DNA of 64,000 nt from the IMG/VR virus record IMGVR_UViG_3300045596_000094, positions 96,001 to 160,000 of that record. One strand, given 5' to 3'. Numbering within the stretch: the first letter of the stretch is position 1; each line of letters opens with the position of its first letter. Below are positions 9,128 through 18,628 of this stretch, piece after piece. A program made the position numbers and the translations under genes. The notes beneath the pieces were generated by a model. That model did not search any database, was not told the origin of the DNA, and worked only from the letters and a program-made list of their open reading frames with translations. The stretch comes from a virus (lineage: Duplodnaviria > Caudoviricetes).

Positions 9128-11347
9128 TTAGTTGATTTCCACGCCGAATTCAACACGGTTACCAGCAGCTTGCTCAAGACCTTCGATGTTTAACCATACC
9201 AAGATTGGTAGTAAGCAAACATGTAGGTTACGAGCTTGTACTTGTGTAACTTCAGTGTTAGAACCGTTGTAGTTCAATACCGCATTTGTAACAAGTTCAG
9301 GGATGTTAGCCATGATACCGAAGCTCATTACGTCAACATCAGAAACATTCGGACGAGCGAATGTACAAACGATTTGGTTACGCATACGAACGTCGTAAGA
9401 AACTACCACTTTGTTAGGGAAGTTCAATACAACACGTGGGTCGCCTTCAGTCATTAAGTACGCCGCAGTTGTTGGGTCAGTACCAATGATTACTGTAGGT
9501 TTTTGACCAGCAGTACCGTTGATTGCATCAAGAGCAGGTTGATAACGAGATTCAGTATAAACAGCATTCACTGCGTAGCGAACTTTGTTTGTGATTACTG
9601 AAACAACGTCATTGTAACGGTGCTGTGAGCTTGGGCTAGAGATTACGTCTGCAATGTTCAATGTTTCTTCATGAAGAGCAGGACGAACCATCAAGCGACC
9701 GAAACCTTCGATTTGCGGAGCTGGATCAGTTGGAGAACGGTAACCTACTTGTGGTACAACTACACGTAAAGTGTCACGTACTTCATGAAGTTTAGTTACA
9801 GCGTTCAAGCTGTTACGTAAACGGATTGCGTTCAATGGACCAGCCAAGTCGTTTGCAGTTGCTGTATCTGTAATCGGCTTACGTAAGCTGATAGGAGCAG
9901 ATAAAGGAATCATGTAACGAACTGTTTCTTCAACAGAGTCGATAAGAAGACCAAGTTGACGACGGTTTAAGTTTGCACGGAATGCTTTAACTTCGTAACC
10001 AACCAATTCAATTGAAGTGATTTTGCCGTTCAATTCATCAAGAGTAGTTTCATCTTTGATGATGTCGTAAGTGCCGTCAGTAGCGTCTACTGTACGAGCT
10101 TCACCAATACGTGCAGCAGCAGGGTTTACATTGATGCTACCGAATTGAAGATCACCGTGACCAGAGATAGTCGTGCGGAATTTCAATTTAACGTTATCGA
10201 ATGGTGCAGCATGTAAGAATGCCAATGCAGCAGCAGGGTTACCAGCGATATCTTTAGTGTCGCCATCAACTAACAAGTCAGTGATAGGGAAATCAAGATT
10301 CACGCGGCGATCACGGTGTTGCTGTGATTTAAGGAAGTTGTTTCCGTTGAATGCAGTTGTGTCGAACGGAATAACTGAAGTACCGTTAGCAGTTACAACT
10401 TTGAAGTAAAGTTTAACAACATTGATAGCATGGTTCAATGCATCAGTTTCGTCTAATTTACCAGGGATCTTCTCGTTCATTGACAAGCCGATCAAATTGA
10501 TATCTTGACCAGGACGCAAAGGAGCAGTCGTGATCTTAGCACCACCGTTACCAACGATTTCTTTCGGTGCGATCAAAGTTTTGTCAGCAAACAGCATTTC
10601 GCTTTTCGCATCACCAACAATTACTTGTGGGTAAATACGAGTAGTGTCGTCAAGAAGGATCGAGCTATCGCTTACCGCATCAAGAAGGTTGTGGTATTCC
10701 CAACCAGTGTATTGGCCAGTTTGTGCGTGAGTTACTTCACGATAAACAACAGTACGGCGAAGTTTAACTTCTAAGCCGTTTGTATCTGGGTTCAATGTAA
10801 CAGTTTTAAAGAACGCTTCAGAGAATTCGTCCTGATGCGCAGATGCGAATGCAAAAAGAACGTTATAACCTTTAAGTTGTTCAATGTTTGTTGCGTCAAA
10901 TGCTTCTGTAGAGACATTAGCAAGTAAATGCGGATATGCTGCAGAGTTAGGATGAATTACATCAATCCCTTCTTGAGATGCAACAGCAGTGCTCATTGCA
11001 CGGTTGTGATACGCTTTAGCGTCACCAGATACAGCAGCAGCAATAATAGTTGCAGCTTCGATCTGAGCGTCAGTACCAGCGCCGCCAAAACCAAGGCTAG
11101 CACCTTCTTGAGAAACAGCGCTGTCACCGAATGCTACTTTGAACATATTTTCAAGGCTAGTTGCGAGGTCTTGCATACCTTGTTGAGCGCCATCAGTAAG
11201 TTGACCACCAACGCTTACAAAGTTCATTGCTTCTGTAGAGATAGATGGTGCAACAGAACCATGCTTACCTAAACTTGCATTAAGGCTTTTATGAAGAGAA
11301 ACAAGGCCGGTCTCGTTTCCGCGGTTACGGATGTTTAAAATTGACAT
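9128..11347 (-). CDS. Major capsid protein (phiKZ gp120-like)
   Basis: 739 aa; propeptide with STE/SQE protease motifs (VSTE-AFD); QDEFSEAFFKTV motif; highly biased codons; next to DnaB. Confidence 0.92.
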   Translation of the reverse strand: MSILNIRNRGNETGLVSLHKSLNASLGKHGSVAPSISTEAMNFVSVGGQLTDGAQQGMQDLATSLENMFKVAFGDSAVSQEGASLGFGGAGTDAQIEAATIIAAAVSGDAKAYHNRAMSTAVASQEGIDVIHPNSAAYPHLLANVSTEAFDATNIEQLKGYNVLFAFASAHQDEFSEAFFKTVTLNPDTNGLEVKLRRTVVYREVTHAQTGQYTGWEYHNLLDAVSDSSILLDDTTRIYPQVIVGDAKSEMLFADKTLIAPKEIVGNGGAKITTAPLRPGQDINLIGLSMNEKIPGKLDETDALNHAINVVKLYFKVVTANGTSVIPFDTTAFNGNNFLKSQQHRDRRVNLDFPITDLLVDGDTKDIAGNPAAALAFLHAAPFDNVKLKFRTTISGHGDLQFGSINVNPAAARIGEARTVDATDGTYDIIKDETTLDELNGKITSIELVGYEVKAFRANLNRRQLGLLIDSVEETVRYMIPLSAPISLRKPITDTATANDLAGPLNAIRLRNSLNAVTKLHEVRDTLRVVVPQVGYRSPTDPAPQIEGFGRLMVRPALHEETLNIADVISSPSSQHRYNDVVSVITNKVRYAVNAVYTESRYQPALDAINGTAGQKPTVIIGTDPTTAAYLMTEGDPRVVLNFPNKVVVSYDVRMRNQIVCTFARPNVSDVDVMSFGIMANIPELVTNAVLNYNGSNTEVTQVQARNLHVCLLPILVWLNIEGLEQAAGNRVEFGVEIN

Positions 11348-11408
11348 TTTTGTGTCCTTTAGTCCAATTGATCAAATGGAGTTTGTTGGTAGTTGACAAT
11401 ACCTAACA

Positions 11409-12023
11409 TCATAACATCGCTGTTTTCACATGTGCTTGAAACACAGCCGTGCTCGCGATTTGTTTGATGTTAAAGAATTTACTGAGCTGATTCAGGACTG
11501 CTATAAATGTATCTGCTAAAGTAGTGTTAACTTCTGCTTCAGCTTCAACAGCAACCGCGTTTAATCGCACTCCGTATGTATGGCCTTTAATAAGGAATAT
11601 TTCTGGTACATACAATTGCATAGGTACTGCGACATCTTTATCCATATCATTACTGTTTAACGTAGGGCTGCCAGTAACGAATTGGTCGGATACAGGTTTC
11701 GCTTGTAAAACTAATCCATCGATTGTTCGTTGTAAACGAATGGCAACCTCTGGTTGTTTGTCACGTAATACACTCATAGGTTCTGCAGACCAATCGAAAG
11801 ATTGAAAAGAATCAATAAGTGGCGACAATAAATTTTTAGGGCTTTCTGGATTGTATAGGTGACCCAGAGAAACATAACTCGCTACAGTTTCGAGTCCGAA
11901 TGTTTCTATCAGTTTTTCCAGATCTAGAAGATCCGAGACAAATAAATCGTTATGCTCTAGATGTTCATACATCAACCCAGGTACGAACACTAATTGAGCG
12001 TCTAGACATTTCATATTAATCAT
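11409..12023 (-). CDS. Minor capsid/head protein (phiKZ gp119-like)
   Basis: 204 aa between MCP and DnaB; synteny only. Confidence 0.55.
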   Translation of the reverse strand: MINMKCLDAQLVFVPGLMYEHLEHNDLFVSDLLDLEKLIETFGLETVASYVSLGHLYNPESPKNLLSPLIDSFQSFDWSAEPMSVLRDKQPEVAIRLQRTIDGLVLQAKPVSDQFVTGSPTLNSNDMDKDVAVPMQLYVPEIFLIKGHTYGVRLNAVAVEAEAEVNTTLADTFIAVLNQLSKFFNIKQIASTAVFQAHVKTAML

Positions 12024-12041
12024 ACCCGTAAGGAGTCGAAA

Positions 12042-13583
12042 TTGGATACTAAACTGCTACTTGTGCGAATCATTACTCTATTATTCATAGAGTCGCACTT
12101 AAACAAAAAAGGAAATTCCAATTCCCGCGTAATTGTGCGCGACGCACTCTCATATATTAAAGCACCCGAAGCAGCGGTGATTGCTGATTTATCTAAAGAC
12201 TCTACTGCAAAATTACGTGACGTTATTGTTTGGCTTTTAGAACTTCCTTCAAACGAAGAAGTGGATCGCGATGATTTATTAAATCGTGTACGTATCGCAA
12301 CCGCTGAAGAAGAATATATTTTTGAATCTATCTTTGCGAATATTGGTAACCCGCAAACAGACGAACCAGAAATGAAACGTATCGCTAAACGCGAACGTGA
12401 TGAAATCAATATCTTTATTAACCGTTCTTTGGTTATGGGCATTGTTAAAGAAGCATATCAACTCTCACACTACAAACCTGATGCGGTGGATTGGTCAAGT
12501 TTCTCTAAGGAGTTAATCAATAAGTTAGAACCGTATAAAAGTTTGGCTGAACGTGATTCTGCAACATTAGTAGAATCTATCGATTTGACAGATCCGAAAA
12601 GTTTGGCTGAATCGTTTAGAAATAGTTTATCTGAAATTAATCCGGAAGGTATTATTAAATTTGGTTGGCAGGGTTTCAACCGTATGTTCGGTGAACAGGG
12701 CGGTGGTCGTCGAGGTGAATTTATTGTTCTTGGTGCTTTGCAGCATAACTTTAAATCAGGTACGTCTTTAGAGATGGTAAAAGCTGCGGCGCTATATAAC
12801 CGTCCATGGATGATTGACCCCAGTAAGAAACCTTTGATTCTTCGTTATAGTTTTGAGAACTCTGCAATTGTAGATATCATGCATATCTACAAATCGTTAG
12901 TAGAGGCTGAAACGAAGATGATTGTAGATCAAAATACTATTGATCCGATTGCTGCAGCTATTTACGTCGCTGAGAAATTGGGTGTAAATGGTTACTCGGT
13001 TCAAATACAACACCATAACCCTTCTGACTTTACTTACTCTAAACTCTTTGATGATATTGAAGCTTGGGAAAATAAAGGATATGAGATTCATATGTTGAAT
13101 CTGGATTATCTCGCTATGATCTCAACTAAAGGCTGTAAGCAGGGTGCAACGGGTCAAGACATTCGCGACCTATTTAGACGCGTTCGTAACTTTACTTCAG
13201 CGCGTAAGATCTTAACGATCACTCCACACCAGTTATCTGTAGACGCTAAGAAGAAAACTCGTGAAGGGGTGGAAGACTTTGTACGTGAAATTGCGAACAA
13301 AGGTTACTGGGATAGTTGTTCTACAATTGACCAAGAAGTCGATATGGAAATCTATCAACATCTTGTAGTGATCAACGGTGAAACGTACGTGACCTGGATG
13401 CGTGGTAAGCATCGTAAATCTGGTACACCGACACCGCATGAACATTACTACACCGTTTACAAGTTTGCGCCAGTTGGATTTATTCCAGATGATGTATTAG
13501 GTGCAGATATGTCACGTAAACGAGTAGCCGCAGCTACGGCTTCTGATGGAGGTCAAACCGCATGGTTCGATATGGCAGCGTAA
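12042..13583 (+). CDS. dnaB: DnaB-like replicative helicase (phiKZ gp118-like)
   Basis: RRGEFIVLGALQHNFKS (variant Walker A), SFEN, LDYL, HQLS, RGKHR motifs; TTG start with AAGGAG RBS. Confidence 0.9.
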   Translation: MDTKLLLVRIITLLFIESHLNKKGNSNSRVIVRDALSYIKAPEAAVIADLSKDSTAKLRDVIVWLLELPSNEEVDRDDLLNRVRIATAEEEYIFESIFANIGNPQTDEPEMKRIAKRERDEINIFINRSLVMGIVKEAYQLSHYKPDAVDWSSFSKELINKLEPYKSLAERDSATLVESIDLTDPKSLAESFRNSLSEINPEGIIKFGWQGFNRMFGEQGGGRRGEFIVLGALQHNFKSGTSLEMVKAAALYNRPWMIDPSKKPLILRYSFENSAIVDIMHIYKSLVEAETKMIVDQNTIDPIAAAIYVAEKLGVNGYSVQIQHHNPSDFTYSKLFDDIEAWENKGYEIHMLNLDYLAMISTKGCKQGATGQDIRDLFRRVRNFTSARKILTITPHQLSVDAKKKTREGVEDFVREIANKGYWDSCSTIDQEVDMEIYQHLVVINGETYVTWMRGKHRKSGTPTPHEHYYTVYKFAPVGFIPDDVLGADMSRKRVAAATASDGGQTAWFDMAA

Positions 13584-13608
13584 AGAAAAAATAAAAGGTA
13601 TAAATCTA

Positions 13609-13640
13609 ATAGAGACTAGACCCTAGGGTCTAGTCTCTAT
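13609..13640. terminator. Perfect 32 bp CCCTAGGG palindrome
   Basis: ATAGAGACTAGACCCT/AGGGTCTAGTCTCTAT between convergent genes. Confidence 0.85.
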
Positions 13641-13671
13641 GTTGAGCTTATGTGTGAATTGCTTGTTCTTA

Positions 13672-13878
13672 CTACCCTAGTTGTACTTTACCGCGGGTAG
13701 TCGATAGGAACCCACTCTGATAGGTCGGAATCTCACCGTTAGAAATATCCATTTCCATTTTAGAAATGGATTCTAATTTACGATACAATAAACGTTTCTT
13801 ACGCTCATTGGTTTCTTTATCAATGTTCATTTGTGTTTGTTGCTTTGCTTTCGCAAGTTGAGAGATGTATTCTGTCAT
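13672..13878 (-). CDS. Small coiled-coil hypothetical protein
   Basis: 68 aa with AAGGAA RBS. Confidence 0.65.
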   Translation of the reverse strand: MTEYISQLAKAKQQTQMNIDKETNERKKRLLYRKLESISKMEMDISNGEIPTYQSGFLSTTRGKVQLG

Positions 13879-13889
13879 GGTGGTTCCTT

Positions 13890-14375
13890 TTAGCAGATAA
13901 TGTAAACCGGGGTTAGGGGGTCGAAAGCTATTTCTAAGTTTCGAATAATGCAGTTGATCACAGTGGATCTTGAATATAGACCATTACCACCACAATCGAA
14001 CCATACACGTTTTAAGTCCTGCCCACGCATATTGTCGATTTGGTTTTTCAAGTTCTTAGAGTTCATGTTGAGATATCGAACTTTAAGTTTCTTATCGCCA
14101 TTGATATTGCGGATATTCTCAATCGTACCTTCGACCTCAGTTCCATTGACACCAACATAGATGTCAGTTGCGGGATTGAAAAGTCTTACGATTCGTTCGG
14201 TAGAACCAGTTTGTCTACCTGTGAGATGTGCGAGGATGCGAAACTCTTTAAGCCCTGTCTCTCGATCGCATCCGATCTGTGGGATCATTGACTTTACATT
14301 TTCTTCAGCTTGAAGAATAATGCTTTCTATTTGCTTGAGTTGGAAGTAACGGTTTACACCCGATAACGTTGTCAT
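13890..14375 (-). CDS. Small degenerate P-loop-like protein
   Basis: TGRQTGST (Walker A-like, lacking Lys) and RVWFD (Walker B-like). Confidence 0.55.
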   Translation of the reverse strand: MTTLSGVNRYFQLKQIESIILQAEENVKSMIPQIGCDRETGLKEFRILAHLTGRQTGSTERIVRLFNPATDIYVGVNGTEVEGTIENIRNINGDKKLKVRYLNMNSKNLKNQIDNMRGQDLKRVWFDCGGNGLYSRSTVINCIIRNLEIAFDPLTPVYIIC

Positions 14376-14453
14376 GTATTTACCTATATGAGTAAAAAGT
14401 TGATAACTAAGATGCGCAATGCATAAACCCTAAGATCTATGCATTACAATGGG

Positions 14454-15377
14454 CTATTGAAATTTATAGGTGATGCTATCACAATCGAAATCTGGGACAT
14501 GTTCTATATCATCGAGATTAGCTTCGATAAGTAGTAGCCACCATAGATCGGGACCAGGTTGACCACACTGCTGTTTTCTTTCTACCTGCGTGTAATAGGT
14601 CTTACCTTCGTATTCTACCACATAACGAATAACCCCATTGATACTCACAGCATCAGGGGATGCGTAAGGTAAAGCAATTACATTTGCGGTATACGCCTTA
14701 CGGTAAGTACCATTAGCGTGAGGTGCGCTCATTACCGTTAATAGCTCGAATAGATATGGGCGTTGATGGTAGTGAAGTTCTAAAGGATTTTTGATAAAGT
14801 CCAAACGAATGTCGTGATTCAAAACACTGAATTTACCACTATGGATGCGTGATTGAATCAGATCAATTGCAGGAAGGATAATTTCGTTTTTCACTGTATC
14901 GTCCTTTATCGGTTCTCTTTCCATTGGTTGATCTTCTTTAGTTTCAGTTTTGTATACATTTGGTAGTGTTGCATTTAGTCTACCTATAATTTCAGCATAA
15001 TCTTCACAGAAATAAAGTGAGCCGTGCTCCAGTTCTATATTACGCGGATGATAGCCTGTAATAATTACACATGTGCGTGTGAGTGACTGCAATTGCGGAA
15101 CCCCTTTTAACACTTCGGAAAGTGCAAGAACTACATCCTTTTTAGATTGGTGCGTATTTTCAGTCAGATTTATTTCAATTACATTCGCGTAACCGGGTTT
15201 TATATTAGAAATAATGATGTTGATCAGACTTATAGATCTAGCCGCGCTGACAGTGGGCGCTGTGTACTGTGCTCTTTTAGTAATTAGCGGATGCAGTTCT
15301 ACTGGGTTGAACGCCATATCCGGAACAAGACTCATTTCGTCGTGGTTTGATTTTGAAATATAAAATTCGATAGTCAT
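14454..15377 (-). CDS. Hypothetical early protein
   Basis: 307 aa with GAGGA RBS; directly downstream of an early-promoter motif. Confidence 0.8.
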   Translation of the reverse strand: MTIEFYISKSNHDEMSLVPDMAFNPVELHPLITKRAQYTAPTVSAARSISLINIIISNIKPGYANVIEINLTENTHQSKKDVVLALSEVLKGVPQLQSLTRTCVIITGYHPRNIELEHGSLYFCEDYAEIIGRLNATLPNVYKTETKEDQPMEREPIKDDTVKNEIILPAIDLIQSRIHSGKFSVLNHDIRLDFIKNPLELHYHQRPYLFELLTVMSAPHANGTYRKAYTANVIALPYASPDAVSINGVIRYVVEYEGKTYYTQVERKQQCGQPGPDLWWLLLIEANLDDIEHVPDFDCDSITYKFQ

Positions 15378-15437
15378 GGTGTATTCCTCTAAGGATTAAT
15401 TTAAAGACAGTAAATGAAAGGGGTTGTTAATGCCCTG

Positions 15438-15479
15438 ATTCAAGTTTATAGTGTATATGTGAAAATATTTTAATTGAGA
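15438..15479 (-). promoter_or_regulatory. Putative early promoter
   Basis: 35 bp identical to 28652-28686. Confidence 0.8.
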
Positions 15480-15485
15480 ACATAA

Positions 15486-15515
15486 ATAGAGTAGTGCCCT
15501 AGGGCACTACTCTAT
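15486..15515. terminator. Perfect 30 bp CCCTAGGG palindrome
   Basis: ATAGAGTAGTGCCCT/AGGGCACTACTCTAT. Confidence 0.85.
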
Positions 15516-15525
15516 GCGTTTATGT

Positions 15526-15942
15526 TTAAGTTGGTTCTACTGGATTATTCAAAATATTCATATTGACAACCCCTTTCTCAATACGGATAATATCGCCAGT
15601 GTATTTAGGCTTATTCCCGAAAAGTGTTTTAGGGTCGATAATTTCGAAGAAGCGGCATTTTCGCATAATCCCAGTAGATGAATGGCTGTCATAAGGAACA
15701 CCGATATAATGATGCCCATTGATCACTACCATACATGGAAGAGATATTAGGTCTAGGTCAGTATCCTTAACACCTAACACTTTAATTAATTTATCCCCTA
15801 AGATACGTCCGTTTTCGCCTATAGCAACAAACAGTCGGTCAGTGACTCTCGACAGGGTAAATTTCAGATCACCAATAATAGAGAACTGCCCGTTCTGTAA
15901 TGCTTCATTAACAGAACTGATAAACATTTCAGTATCTGACAT
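15526..15942 (-). CDS. Hypothetical protein (start moved to MSDTEM)
   Basis: ATG at 15942 has GAGGA/AGGT RBS and avoids a 120 bp overlap with tmk. Confidence 0.7.
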   Translation of the reverse strand: MSDTEMFISSVNEALQNGQFSIIGDLKFTLSRVTDRLFVAIGENGRILGDKLIKVLGVKDTDLDLISLPCMVVINGHHYIGVPYDSHSSTGIMRKCRFFEIIDPKTLFGNKPKYTGDIIRIEKGVVNMNILNNPVEPT

Positions 15943-15946
15943 ATAC

Positions 15947-16570
15947 CTATTCCTCAACGCCAAAACGTTTTTCAAGAGTGTGGATGATTTGTTCGAGGAT
16001 TGCTTCGGGGGTTTGTAAAGGTTCAATAACCACCGTATGCTCAGGATACATTTCTGCATATCGTTCATACCCTGCTTTCAGGAAATTGTGATGATCTTCT
16101 TTTACATTATCACGCCAGTTGTTTAAATCGTCAGAGCGCCCCTTTAAGCGATCTTTCAACACGGAGTATGAAGTAGTCATTACAAACACAATATCGGGCT
16201 TACGGAGCGAATCATTGAGTTTTAGAAGGGTTTCAATATGTTCAGACTCAGCCTGATAACAGAAAGACGAAATATTGATGCGATCAGAGATAACGCATTG
16301 TCCTGATTCTAAAGCAGGGATGATTTTCTCGTGCAGACTATTTCGATACGAAGCAGCGAACAATAAAGCATTTACTGTAGGTGAAAGTCCTGGACCCAGT
16401 TTCGGGTGAAGAAGAATATTGCGGATAGCTTCTCCAGCAGCAGTACCGCCCGGTTCACGACTGCGAACATAGTCGTTATTAATGCATTTCAACAATCCTT
16501 CAAGGGCGGTAGTTTTACCCGCCCCCTCAGTACCTTCAAAAACAATAAAGCAAGGTTTTAATTTTTTCAT
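15947..16570 (-). CDS. tmk: Thymidylate kinase
   Basis: FIVFEGTEGAGKTT, REPGGT, LLFAA, SDR and KPD motifs. Confidence 0.95.
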   Translation of the reverse strand: MKKLKPCFIVFEGTEGAGKTTALEGLLKCINNDYVRSREPGGTAAGEAIRNILLHPKLGPGLSPTVNALLFAASYRNSLHEKIIPALESGQCVISDRINISSFCYQAESEHIETLLKLNDSLRKPDIVFVMTTSYSVLKDRLKGRSDDLNNWRDNVKEDHHNFLKAGYERYAEMYPEHTVVIEPLQTPEAILEQIIHTLEKRFGVEE

Positions 16571-16576
16571 TGGAAT

Positions 16577-17980
16577 CTATCTATTGACAAGATGTGATGA
16601 TGATACACCTGTGCGGTTAGGTTCTTTCAATGGAGTTACTCGTTGAACGAATAGGGTGAGTAAAGCGTTAGTCTGGAATCGTCTTTCTGCAGCATTGATC
16701 GTTGTAGCGTACTCGATCGTTTCTACTGCATGGAGAACCCCATACATCTCTTTAGCCACTTTTCCATCCATGAAGATATACCGCACAGGCATTCCGGGAA
16801 ATAACAATTCTGCGTTTGCGTTTTCCCAAATGGTTTGAATCACAGAACCTGCCTTACGTGCCAGCTCGGAATACTCGATATTGTACTTATCGGTAATTGT
16901 CGCTCTACCTTGGGTGACCATATTGGATTTATCACCGCGAGGATCAGCAATCACCTCAGACACCGAATCCCTAGCTTTTGCAATAGCTCGGTTTCCACCC
17001 ACTTCGTAAAGATTCATCACCTGTTCAGCGTCTAAGAATCGAGTTCCGTTACCGTCATTCAATTGTTCAGATTCTGAAACATCATAATGTTTCGTTTCTT
17101 TCGTAGTTAAAGAAACGACTTGAGTGTTTGTCCAACGATATGTGCGTTCTACAGTCGGCATGCGGTTTGCTGGAATTTTAATGACCGTTAAACTGCGTGC
17201 GGTTTTACCGAACATCTCATAATCGTAAAGTGGATAAATATACCAGATGCGATTCTGCAAATAGTAATGGAAACCAGTCGGATAGATACCCCCAACGTTA
17301 CTGTGAATGGCCATAGGAACTTCAATTACAGGTGTATCATCTTTGACAACGATATGTTCTCGTTTGTCTCCGAGGATGTCCTTGAGTACCTGAACCCCTT
17401 TCACATTCACCGCATTATCCGCATTAGCTGGTCGAGCTACTTTTGTTAATACCCATTTAATAGCATCTGCAGCAGAAGTCTTTCTGAACACCGTACCGAA
17501 AGTAACTTTTCGAATACTGTCAATTACAGGATTAAATAACTGTAATTTTACTTCAGATATTGAGAACTTGTTTGCAGCACCCTTATTCACCGCTAACGGA
17601 CTGTCACCTTGGACAGTGGCTGATTTACCGCCATCCAAGATTTGAGCCTTATACGTGTTGGAAGATATATTCTTCGTATTGTCGATACCACCTAAGGTAT
17701 TGGGTGAGTATGGTGTTTTGATAAGGGTCACTTCTAACTGGTCACGATATGGGACAACGTCCTGCTCGTAGTCCCCAGTAATAAAGCTTGCCTCAACAAT
17801 CAGCTCATCGGCGAAGTTCTGTGTGTAAAGACGGCTAAGAGTTAACGAATTCACGTATAACGCTTTTACCTCTTTACCATTGGCTTTGATTAAAACTGTC
17901 AAGCCATGGGCAATCACTGGCTGTGAAGAAGCACGGATCTCATTGAGCTCTCGTTCAATCAAGGTATCTAAAATTTCCAT
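16577..17980 (-). CDS. Virion structural protein, probable baseplate hub (phiKZ gp101-like)
   Basis: 467 aa; GIYPTGFHYY, IYPLYD and WENANAELLFPGMP motifs; synteny. Confidence 0.7.
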   Translation of the reverse strand: MEILDTLIERELNEIRASSQPVIAHGLTVLIKANGKEVKALYVNSLTLSRLYTQNFADELIVEASFITGDYEQDVVPYRDQLEVTLIKTPYSPNTLGGIDNTKNISSNTYKAQILDGGKSATVQGDSPLAVNKGAANKFSISEVKLQLFNPVIDSIRKVTFGTVFRKTSAADAIKWVLTKVARPANADNAVNVKGVQVLKDILGDKREHIVVKDDTPVIEVPMAIHSNVGGIYPTGFHYYLQNRIWYIYPLYDYEMFGKTARSLTVIKIPANRMPTVERTYRWTNTQVVSLTTKETKHYDVSESEQLNDGNGTRFLDAEQVMNLYEVGGNRAIAKARDSVSEVIADPRGDKSNMVTQGRATITDKYNIEYSELARKAGSVIQTIWENANAELLFPGMPVRYIFMDGKVAKEMYGVLHAVETIEYATTINAAERRFQTNALLTLFVQRVTPLKEPNRTGVSSSHLVNR

Positions 17981-17983
17981 GAA

Positions 17984-18628
17984 TTAATACTCCAAGGAAC
18001 GTTTATGTGCTTCCGCAGCCATTTTACCCCAAGTAGAATTCTCCCATGCTTTCTGCATGCGGACGGGACTCTCGCTATACCGCACATTTGGGTCATATGC
18101 GGGTACCTGAATACGTTCACCAAAGCCAAAGTTATTACCTAAGCTGCTGATGTAGTCCCAGAATTGCACTTCACCTGGTTGCTGTTTCATATCCTCGGTG
18201 AAGTGTCTACGTCGCGCTACCGCCTCCGCCACTTCAGTGATTGATCTGAGGAAATTCTCGATCATGATGAAGTCTTGGACTGGTGGTGGTTTACGACAAC
18301 CGAAAGGTGACTCTAACCTTTCTTTCCATCGATTTAAATGAGTATTCCATTTCTCGTAAATGACCAAAAGGTCTTTGGGTCTAACGATTAAGAATGGGAT
18401 ACCCTCATTATGCAAATGAACCATATTCACCGCTGTGCGGCGAATTTCAATAGTATCCTCTAACCACGCATTCATCTTTTCCTCAGTGTCGCTGACACCG
18501 TTCATTCCCGGAAGGGATCGTCGGTGTTCAGCAGTATAGAAGAACTTATGTTGGATTTCTATTGGAAATGTTCTAGACCACAGGAACTGACACACTGTCT
18601 GTTCCCGTTTAGTATTTTGCCCAGTCAT
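17984..18628 (-). CDS. Conserved hypothetical protein (phiKZ gp100-like)
   Basis: 214 aa between gp101- and gp99-like genes; PPPVQDF motif. Confidence 0.6.
   Translation of the reverse strand: MTGQNTKREQTVCQFLWSRTFPIEIQHKFFYTAEHRRSLPGMNGVSDTEEKMNAWLEDTIEIRRTAVNMVHLHNEGIPFLIVRPKDLLVIYEKWNTHLNRWKERLESPFGCRKPPPVQDFIMIENFLRSITEVAEAVARRRHFTEDMKQQPGEVQFWDYISSLGNNFGFGERIQVPAYDPNVRYSESPVRMQKAWENSTWGKMAAEAHKRSLEY

Noticed and set aside
12720-12765. Aberrant Walker A (GALQHNFKS) suggesting an inactive DnaB
   Set aside because: As recalled, this variant is typical of phiKZ-like DnaB helicases, and the other motifs are intact
15943-16068. Long N-terminal overlap of ORF 15526-16068 with tmk; similar over-long starts at 35468, 50107, 51023 and 51609
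   Set aside because: Better RBS-supported downstream ATGs exist
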